A stretch of 64,000 nt of DNA from Paraspadella gotoi (Eukaryota > Animalia > Chaetognatha), in contig CM119268.1 in the NCBI GenBank assembly GCA_051294375.1, positions 18,120,005-18,184,004 on the forward strand. Reading direction: 5' to 3'. How positions within the stretch are numbered: position 1 is the first letter of the stretch; every line of letters starts with the position of its first letter. The notes under the pieces are model-generated. The model saw nothing but the letters and a program-made list of their open reading frames with translations. It was not told the origin of the DNA and ran no database searches. This document shows positions 55,336 through 64,000 of the stretch, in pieces. The translations under genes and the position numbers were made by a program.

Positions 55336-56039
55336 CTCGCCATTGAAAAAAAATATGAAAATAGTCAATAATCATAATATCTTATATATTTTGGCAATTT
55401 TTTTTTTAAATTTTAATCTGAAGTAATTTCAACTAACCATGACGATGAAGATGACAAAAACGACGATGCCGAAGTTATTTAGGCGAATGTTTCAGAAAAA
55501 AATTCCATTGGTGAATTTTTTTTTTCGAAAGTCTTTCAGTTTCCCTCGTACTTTTTTTTAAATCCTTGAATATTTTTTTTGTTCAAAAAACGAGTCAAGA
55601 TACAAAGCGTAATCCATCGAGGTTTCGCCAACTCACACGCCTTTTAGCGTCTCGTCCCTCGAGGAAAAACGGAAAATTCAACATTTTTTTTTAGAAAAAC
55701 TTTTTCGAATTTAAAAATATCAAAATTTTATAAAAAAATTTTTGTTCCGTAAAAGGGTTCAAGTTTTTTCTTTTGGTGAAAATATTTTTTTAAACTTTTT
55801 CACTTTTTAATTTTTGTCGTTTTAACAAAATTTAAATTTAAAATTTAATTTCTTTGATTATTTAAATATTTTTTAAAATAGCTTCCCGTTGAAGTTATTG
55901 TCAGAAATTGTTGAAAACGGTTTAGTAGATTGTCGTTTGATAATTCGAATTATTCATGCCTTTATTTACATTTCCTTTATTTATTAGTTTCTATCCCAGT
56001 TATTTTTCCGCAAAATAAAACTTTGGCGGAAAACGAGAT

Positions 56040-56070
<31 letters not shown>

Positions 56071-57269
56071 AAAGAAGGTAAAAACTCTTTTACTCGGATT
56101 TCGCTGCGAAAGAGAGCGTGAAGACGCGAAAAGAGGATGTGGAAGAGAGGAAGGCCTCTTCTCTGTTGGATGAGAGGAGGAGGAGGAGGAGGAGGAGGAG
56201 GAGGAGGAAGAGGAACAATATTGAGGAAGAAGAGGATGACGCAGGGGAAAACAATAACAACGACAACTACGTCATTCGTCCTCCTTTGCTGGCGCCAAGG
56301 ATTTTGAAAGGGGAGAATGACCCGTAAGTTGAGGGTTGGTCTCAAAGGCTTTAGCCACGCCTACTGAAAAAAGGTTTGCGACTTGGAAAAGATTGAGAAA
56401 AAGATGTCTTTGGATTATTCTTCCTTTGGCTACTAAGTAAGACATACTATACAAAAATATATATATTTTCATGTATTTTATGAAAACGAATTTTGATCAA
56501 CATGACACGATAACTGAAGAGATGAACAGTGTAAGCTCACGATTAATATAAAAATGGCATTTAAATATTTACGTTAATTTATTTTTCTGGAGCCTAAATG
56601 AGAGCTTTTCTATTTTGATTTTTTTTTTTTTTTTTGGTTTCTTAAAAGTTTGAAAACGCCCCCTAGTAAAAGAAGTAAAAGTAAAAGCTCCCAGCTGTTT
56701 AATGAGAGACAGAGAGAAAAAGAGAGAGAGAGTTTGGTGGAGACAGATCGAATGAAAGAAAATTACAAAAATTATAGAAAGAAAGATAGAAAGAGTAAAA
56801 AGAGTATTAAAGAAAGAAAGAAAGCAAAAAAAGAAAGAAATAAAGAAAGAAAGAATGAAAAAAAAGAAACAAAAAAAGAAAAAAAGGAACAAAAAAGATA
56901 TCCGCCAATCATCTGTATCATTTAAGCCAATACATAACTTTTTATTAGTATTGCCCACCAACAAACGAATCCGCCCCTTTAGGCAACTGCGTCATTAAAC
57001 ATACAGTTTGTCAACAGGAATGCAATCAAAACAAAGTTCGAAGCTCAAACTTCAGACGTGAAATCAAAAAGCTTCCTTCTCAATCGGAATCTTCTGACGC
57101 GCCATGTCTCCCCCTCTCTACTCCCACCTCCCCCCCTCGCGCGTCACTCCGTTCAAAAAGTCCCGAGTTCGCGCCTTCTCACCCCCGGTTGCCCTTTTCT
57201 TCGTCAATCGTCACCGACTTCGAATCAAGACAATTTTTTCGCTCGAAATCCCGCGTGATGAATCAAAAA

Positions 57270-57320
57270 TTGTTGCCACGCCCACTTCCGGTGGCGTACG
57301 ATCGAATCTGACTTCCGGTT
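57270..57320. promoter_or_regulatory. Putative promoter upstream of the kelch gene (copy at ~49765-49815)
   Basis: GCCACGCCC (Sp/KLF) adjacent to ACTTCCGG (ETS, 57284), with a second ACTTCCGG at 57311, in a CpG-rich patch ~1.9 kb before the ATG. Confidence 0.35.
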
Positions 57321-57424
57321 TTCCATTTTGTCCGTCAATTAATCGTCACTCGCGTGTCGTGATCGTTCTGTCGAGTCTTCTACGTCCCGCCTTCATTAAC
57401 AGTCATTGTTATTCAAATGTGCAT

Positions 57425-57470
<46 letters not shown>

Positions 57471-59176
57471 TCTTCTCTCTCCTTTCTCGATTACGAGCGC
57501 GATAAAACAAGATCCCAGAAAATCCTTGGAAAAACTCCTTGTGTTATCCGGGGTTGGAAAATTCATTGGTTTTGAACGAAGTTGCTTGTGAAAGAGGAAA
57601 AAAAATCAGGAAGAAAAGGAAAATACAACAATAAAATGTTATTTTTTCATTAAAAATTAATAAAATACAATTTGATATCCACTTCGTACCAAGTTTCGAC
57701 GAGATGAGTAAGATTTTTTTAGCTTGCTATCGCTTGATTTGATTTTTGGGGGAGCATACTATAAAAAGCGTATTTTGTAAAAGAAGGGAAAATATGTCTC
57801 TAAAATAGTTTTATGAATACGTAAATGAGGTGTTTTTATTCATTTCAAGTAATGATACAGATTGATGCACAAATACATAAACAGGCAAATATAATAAAAC
57901 AAAATAAGTTCAACAAAACTTTGTTATTTGTTAACACAAGGTTCGCCAAAAATTGTGAAAGTCTTTGTGTTTGTGATTGTATAGATGTCGGGGTAACCTA
58001 ATGATTCTCTAAGGGTTCGTATGCTTTGCCATCTGTTCCATTAAAACATTTCTTTGCATTAGGTATATATTTTACTTCCAATGCAGAGTGTGAGCCTTTT
58101 GTTTTCTTTCTTCGATCAACAAGTTTTGTCGATGAAGGATCGTTCTCTCACGATGAAGAAAATAATTAAACAAAATAGCTTTTAAATGTTAGAAAAGTTA
58201 TTATCATTGTAGACTCTCGTTTTCGTTTTATTATTTAATAAATAGAATTAATACTGAGGCAAACTTCAGTCTAAACCAATCAGTCAATTAAAATATTCGT
58301 CTCACCCTCTCAAATTATTTTTCAAATTCACATTTAAAAAAAAATAACATTATTATATTGGGTAATTGTTGTAGCATTCTCTGAAAAAAAATTTCAAACA
58401 ATATGAGAATTAATAGTAGACCTGGTTGGAAAACAAAAGTAGAAAAGAAGACTTGATAAGTTCGAAAAACTGAAAGAGTGAGGTCGGGATTTGGCAGACG
58501 CAATGTGCAAGACAAAGAAAACAACCAAGAGAAAAGATTTCAAGAAAACAGCAAGATATCAGTTCGTAATAAAGACAGAAAAACAAACGAAGCCAGTGGG
58601 GGGAGAAAATGGGGGCAGAGGCGAAGTAGCGATACCTGATTAAATTCCCCGCATATTCGTAGAAACCCGTTTTTTTTTCGGATTTTCGTCAGATTCGAAA
58701 CCGAGTCAAACTTTTTCTCTTTTCCCGAAACTTGATTGCGATTAAATTTCGCCCGTAAAACCGGTTTTCGTCTTAGCTTCGTCTCCCTCCGGCTCTCCCT
58801 CTCGTATATACGCGAGCTTTGAAGCCACAAACACTTTCTGACTCGGTCTCTCTCATTTTTTTTTAGCGAAATACAAAGAAATTAGAAAAGGACTGGCGAC
58901 GCCTTGTTCGAGAATGCTTAGAGGAAAACAAAGAAATAACTTTGACGACAACGACGGAACATTTTCTTCTTATTTTTCAAAGTAGCGTTTAGAATTGTCA
59001 AAGAAAACATTCTTTCAGTTTCATGCCTTTCCGTAGCGTCCTTTGCAACGCTTAGTTTTCATTGCTACCTATTTGTATATTTTACAATTTACACAGACTA
59101 TAAGATGGCGTGAGTGGCGTGAGTGGACAAGCAACCGATACACAAGTTACTAATTAACTTGATAGCAGTGTGAGCT

Positions 59177-59354
59177 ATGTCGGCAACCCAGTCCATGGAC
59201 AACTCCACGGTCATACTTTCCGCCTTGTCGTCCACCATGCCGTCTTCAAATCCTTTGCCGACCAAACCGTCGGGTTCGTCGGCAAACGCCGACGAGAAAC
59301 TTCTCCCCGATCAGAGGCATCGACTCTCATCCTTGGATTCGATGGAAAGCTCGG
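59177..59354 (+). CDS. Kelch domain-containing protein (KLHDC1/KLHDC2-like), exon 1 (Ser-rich N-terminus)
   Basis: ATG at 59177, MSATQSMDNS...SMESS, phase-1 donor G|gtaagt, in frame with the next exon. Confidence 0.6.
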
Positions 59355-59527
59355 GTAAGTGGAGAGTGATGTGGGATGATTTGGGATGATTTGGGATGAA
59401 CTCACTTTTGGGTCACGCATTTTGAGTGATCAATACGAGTCAGAAAAGGTTTTTGTTGGTAATGGAAGTGACTGTCAATAAATTGTTAAATGACACGAAC
59501 TCTTTTTTCCCCTAATTCTTTTCCCAG

Positions 59528-59720
59528 CCTCCGAGCCTTCGTCGCCTAACGGACCCAGCGCCCCTAACGGACCCTCTGCGGCGTCCGGCGCCGGAAGGGT
59601 CGGCACCTCACCCACGTTTCTTCCGGATCTCAAAGCGGCGCCGAGATTTCGTCTCGGCTCCGGATTCGTCGCCGCCGTTCTCGACGGCGTCGTCCTCTTG
59701 TGGGGAGGATACACAAAGAG
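59528..59720 (+). CDS. KLHDC1/2-like, exon 2
   Basis: Acceptor ttcttttcccag|. With one indel corrected it encodes RLGSGFVAAVLDGVVLLWGGYTK, resembling the first blade (..VWGGY) of KLHDC2. Donor gag|gtccgt. Confidence 0.65.
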
Positions 59721-59941
59721 GTCCGTTTTGACTTTTGTAATTAAATTGTAACATTGATAAATTAAATAAATGCAGGTAGCGGAGTAACTTGTTCATTTAA
59801 AATGAGATTGAGTTCTTCGATCTCATTTAAATATTGTAGAAGTGGTTACAAATCGCATAAATAGCATCATAAAATGTTTATTAATCTCACTAAACTATAT
59901 ACAAACAAATAGATTTTATCCCTAACTAAATTTATTTACAG

Positions 59942-61065
59942 GGGACCTTCTCTCCCTTCATCCCGCCTTCCGCTCCTCCTAAACCTCCTCTTCCTTCTTC
60001 ACCTCCTCCTCTTCCTCATCCTTCATTTTCGCCTCTTCCTCAACTTCTTTCTGGACGACAACAACAACGACTCCGACCAACTTACCGGCGTCATATCCGG
60101 GGCGACGCTAATCGTCGGCGCCATTTGCACGGCGTCGTCTTTGCCCGACGAAGTTAAAAACAGCGCCCGGTTGGCCGTCGTCGCCGGCGCCTCCTCCGTG
60201 GGCGGCGCTCTCTATACTTGGCACGCCTACCCATCGGAACCAACGATGGGCATCTCTTGGATCCTCAACTGCGCCGTCATGGGGGCGTCGATGTCGTCGA
60301 CTCTGAGTCGGAGAAAGAGAGAGAGAGACGCCGCAGCAGAAGCCGTTTCCGCCGCCGCGCCGGACGCAGTCTCCGTGCCGCGGCCCGCCGACGTCGTCCT
60401 GCATCTTCGCCTCGAATCCGGCGTCGAATTGCGGCGCGTTTCGGCGACCGGCGCCGTTCCGCCGCCAACAAGTAACGCCGCCCACGCCGTCGACGGAAAG
60501 CTAGTTTACATCTTCGGCGGCGTCGTATTTGATGACGACGACGAAGAAGATGGAAAGAAGAAGAAAAATACGCCTCTGGCGCCAAAAACCACACCCACCA
60601 ACGCCATCTTTACTCTCGACGCCTCTGGCCAGTTCCGGCGACTCTATCCAGTGGGCGCGGTCGCGACGGCGCGCGACGGACATCGGGGCTGGACTCACGA
60701 AGGAAAGCTCTATTTCTTCGGTGGGAAAGGTCCTCGACCCGGTGGGAATGGAGACGACAACAACAACGACGACGACGACGATGACTTTGCCCCTCCGGCG
60801 CCCAAGATTCTCGAGGGCGGCGATTGGACGCCGTGGCGTTCCATACCCGGCGCCTTCTGCTGCAATCAGCTGTTGAGATTCGACCCGGCGTCTCGCTGCT
60901 TCGACCTCGTTAAAGGTTCCGGGACGACGCCGGCGCCGCGGGTCGATTGCGGCGTCGCCAAAGTCAAGGGGCGCGTTTTCATTCACGGTGGCGTTTGTGA
61001 CGATCTGGCGACGAGGACGTTTCACGCGTTTGACTTGGGGACAGAGGCGTGGAGCGTCATCAAGG
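59942..61065 (+). CDS. KLHDC1/2-like, exon 3 (kelch blades)
   Basis: Acceptor tttatttacag|. ORF 60141-61115 contains ATGAVPPPTS..LVYIFGG, GWTHEGKLYFFGG and GTTPAPR..RVFIHGG..FDLGTEAW, in the same order as the KLHDC2 blades. Donor AAG G|gtgagt. Confidence 0.88.
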
Positions 61066-61973
61066 GTGAGTTCGAAGGGCGGGGACCAAGGATGCAGGCT
61101 ACATTTGGGACATAAAATCCTTCTTTGATGATACATGGATAATCTATGTAATAAAAAAATAAGTCCATATCTGCTCTTTCCTCAAAAATCAATCATCGGA
61201 TAAGTGGCAGTATGAAATTGGTACAACCAATATGAAAATAATAAAATTACTAAAAATTATCATTATTTTATTCAAGAGCCATCCGGATGTATCGGATACC
61301 TTGATTTTAGGGTTTGATAGAATGTTAACCTCGTTACTTAATTTTTAACCCATTTGAATGGGTTTTTAAAAAAAACGGTCTGACAGACCGGTATAAACAT
61401 GCAATTAAACTTGATGATGTAGCTAATTTATTTAAACTTTTAATGCTTTATAATCGTGCTGACTAATAACAAATATCATAAGTTTAAAATGAAATAAAAT
61501 TAGGATGGAGTGAATTCTTACTTCAAAATAATAAGGGCAAGCGAACTAAAAAGTAATAATTGGAAAAAAATAAAATAGGAGTAAATTTTATTTTTGTCAA
61601 AGAAGAAATTTGAAAATGAAGTAAATGCTTCAATATGTAAATGAGATTAAAGGTTCATACACCGGTAATGAACAGAATGTCATTGAAGGTCGACATTTTT
61701 ATAAAATAAAAATAATAAAACATCGCAGGAAACGGATTGATCGTTACTTCCTTCATTGATAATATAATAAAATAAAATAATATTTTCATGACATTTAATT
61801 CGTCGAAACTCTTTTTAACTGTATTTTGTGTGTTTTTTAATTTAAACATTTGATATCTGTATTATAAGAATTTATTTGTCCCTCATTTTAATATCTTTTC
61901 TCTGAAATCATTATCCGCGTCTATTATCTATTCTCCAATTCCACGTCTTCTTCCCTTCCTCTCTTCCTCTCAG

Positions 61974-62260
61974 CCTTCGGCCCCGCCCGTGGCGTCTGCA
62001 ACCACTCCCTCCTCCCCATCTCCTCCACGCGCCTCTTCCTCGTCGGCGGCCATGCCCCTTCCGGCGCCGTCTCCGACCACGCCGGTATATTCGACGCCAA
62101 GGACGCCGCTTGGGTCGAGGAGCGCCGGTTGCCTGGCGACGCCGTCGTCTCCAACGCCGACAACTGCGCCGTCGTGGTGACGAGAAAGGGGCGCGTCAAG
62201 GACGTCCTCTTCGTCGGCGGGTGGGTGGATGTGGCGCGGGACGGGTTCGAGGACGAGTGA
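61974..62260 (+). CDS. KLHDC1/2-like, exon 4 (terminal)
   Basis: Strong polypyrimidine cag| acceptor, phase 1 matching the upstream donor. Encodes AFGPARGVCNHSLLPISSTRLFLVGG...FDAKDAAW...VLFVGGWVDVARDGFEDE* (cf. KLHDC2 HSLTPVSSDHLFLFGG). Not in the ORF track. Confidence 0.85.
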
Positions 62261-62754
62261 AGGGGAAATTGGGGTTGTTGTTGTCGTCGTTGATGTCGTT
62301 GTTATTGCAATTGCTGCTCTTGCTTCGTCATTGTTTTCATTCCTCTCGTAGTTTTCGAGTTTTTGGCTTTAGACTTTATTTAGTTTAGTGACTTTATTGA
62401 AGATGCACTAACTTTTAGTTCAATTTTATTTCAATCTCGTGTCATTTAACTGTTCTTGGTATTATCTCTAAACCAGAAAAACTTATGACGCACCGCTTTA
62501 TTAAACTGTTCTTTTGCTTTGCTTTGCTTTCTTTTGCTACGTTTCTTAACTGTGTAGCCTCAACTGTTATTTTTTTTAAAATCCTCCTGGTGTATTCTTG
62601 GAAATGTTCATCGTAAACCAGAGATGCTTCCAATTATTCTAAATATGTACGTTATAAACTTAATTTAACTTAACTCCTCCAAAAATATTAGTTAGTCTTA
62701 TAGCTTATGGTGATTAACATTAAAATATATTTCAAACGTTTTGCAACAAAAACA

Positions 62755-62824
62755 CTAGAAATTTATGGCGTCAGTCCATTCGTCGCTGATTCTTCGCTTA
62801 TCGAAGTTAGAATAGAAAACAGGT
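62755..62824 (-). CDS. Pancreatic lipase family protein, last exon
   Basis: Acceptor ttttctttactttaaccag|, phase 2, (K)PVFYSNFDKRRISDEWTDAINF*. Confidence 0.7.
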
Positions 62825-62886
62825 CTGGTTAAAGTAAAGAAAATAAATTGAGATTTGTGGTAAACAACTTTATGATTTTTCATTAC

Positions 62887-62952
62887 TTGTTGCTGTCAGC
62901 TTGAAAGTCCGTGACATGAATTTTGACGTAGTTCACGGAAATATCGTCTCTT
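62887..62952 (-). CDS. Lipase PLAT domain exon (66 nt)
   Basis: cgaacag|...|gtaatg, phase 2-2, RDDISVNYVKIHVTDFQADSN. Confidence 0.7.
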
Positions 62953-63203
62953 CTGTTCGATAGATAGAGGTTATGTATTATGTAATATGTATGTTTAGTG
63001 TGAACAACATTCTCCATACAGAAATGATAACCTCATGACAGACATTGAAAGCATCATTTAAAAAAAATAAAAGAGTTAAGGGATGACAAATGAACTCCGT
63101 AGAAACTAGGAAACCCTTCCAACCTTTCGGACGTCAAATTGATAAACCCACCCAGTAACTTCCCATTCAAACGCACCCAATCAACCTGACCCTCCCGACT
63201 CAC

Positions 63204-63344
63204 CTCCCAAGCAGCATCTCCGGCGGAAGCGCGCAGACGAACTTTATTCTGAGTCGCGAGATTTTTGTCGGAATGGCGAGACCGCGGGGAAGAAGGCGAA
63301 ATGCGGAGAGGAGGTAAGAGGAGCGGAGTCTGGTTGGAGTCACT
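63204..63344 (-). CDS. Lipase PLAT domain exon (141 nt)
   Basis: ccacag|...|gtgagt, phase 2-2, VTPTRLRSSYLL...KISRLRIKFVCALPPEMLLG. Confidence 0.7.
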
Positions 63345-63587
63345 CTGTGGTGCAATTATATCGATGATTATTATGGTTCAATAATCATTATTATGTTCAT
63401 TATTATGGTTCATTATTATTATTTTGGTTTGATCGTTATTGCGAAAATATTTACATTGGTGACATTGGTCCCTATGACAGCTTTTAGATTAAAACGGAAC
63501 TAATTTAGGTAACATCTGAAATCCCTGTCAGCTTGTATTATATTTAAGGTTGACATTTCAAAGGTCAACTTTTCGCTAATCACTCAC

Positions 63588-63724
63588 GATATCGGAATCA
63601 CGACGTTGCGATGGGCGTCCTCGGCGTCATCCGCTGCGTCAAACTGGACGAACACATAACCGAAAGCGTCTCTCGTTGCCAAGTGGATCCGACAATCGAA
63701 ATAATGGTTGGCGGCGAACGGAGC
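63588..63724 (-). CDS. Lipase exon, start of PLAT domain (137 nt)
   Basis: attaacag|...|gtgagt. Only one frame is open: APFAANHYFDCRIHLATRDAFGYVFVQF.., resembling the PF/PY..HYQVKIH start of the lipase C-terminal domain. Confidence 0.75.
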
Positions 63725-63863
63725 CTGTTAATTTCATAGTCAATCAATTTTTTGAGTCAATTCTGTGACTGTGGTCTCATGATGATCTCATGTTGCATTT
63801 TGGTCAGATATATCATTTATTTCCTGAATCGAATGATCTGATTCAAATTGTATTTTTTCTTAC

Positions 63864-64000
63864 CGAGTCGTAAGTGTTAAGAAAAAGTGATAAATTATCT
63901 TTTTCTATATTTGTTAACGACGACGGCGACGATGACGATGACGAAGACGACGACAAAGAGCCTCTCTTCCACAGCAAAGTCGGTCGTTCAGCTTCGTATC
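63864..64000 (-). CDS. Lipase exon, end of catalytic domain (gene continues beyond the window)
   Basis: (G)YEAERPTLLWKRGSL(S)n..DNLSLFLNTYDS|gtaaga joins APF in phase 0, matching the MGYxA...F(Y/F)LxT...PF motif of pancreatic/lipoprotein lipases. Confidence 0.75.

Noticed and set aside
62442-62633. 63-aa minus-strand ORF between the kelch and lipase stops
   Set aside because: Non-ATG start, no recognisable motif, and it lies in probable 3' UTR.
63273-63313. Plus-strand first exon MARPRGRRRNAER|gtaag
   Set aside because: Overlaps a better-supported, phase-consistent minus-strand lipase exon.
63588-63724. RRM RNP1-like GYVFVQF...DAEDA
   Set aside because: Flanking exons fit the lipase C-terminal PLAT domain, and no RNP2 is present.

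Overview
Eukaryotic, probably animal, draft-assembly window. It is AT-rich, dense in (AG)n/(GAC)n/(GAAC)n microsatellites, has GT-AG introns, many N gaps and indel-rich long-read-quality segments. Much of it is redundant: one ~9-kb block appears three times (5608-14648, 14674-27174, 27200-33136) and one ~7-kb block twice (46600-53712, 54294-61170). Each restart follows an exactly 25-N gap, which points to gap-filling or haplotype artefacts rather than true paralogues. Supported content: (i) a minus-strand Ty3/Gypsy LTR retrotransposon (15989-20376) with TG..CA LTR, PPT, 5-bp ATTAA TSD, a gag deletion and visible empty-site alleles; (ii) a 4-exon plus-strand KLHDC1/KLHDC2-like kelch gene (complete in the second copy); (iii) the last five exons of a convergent pancreatic-lipase-family gene with a PLAT domain, missed by the ORF track; (iv) a ~167-bp foldback element in a ~1.1-kb tandem unit; (v) a candidate 3-nt microexon or recursive splice site. 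I found no CRISPR, rRNA or tRNA, and no convincing novel multi-gene system. Family assignments come from remembered motifs, not from database searches.
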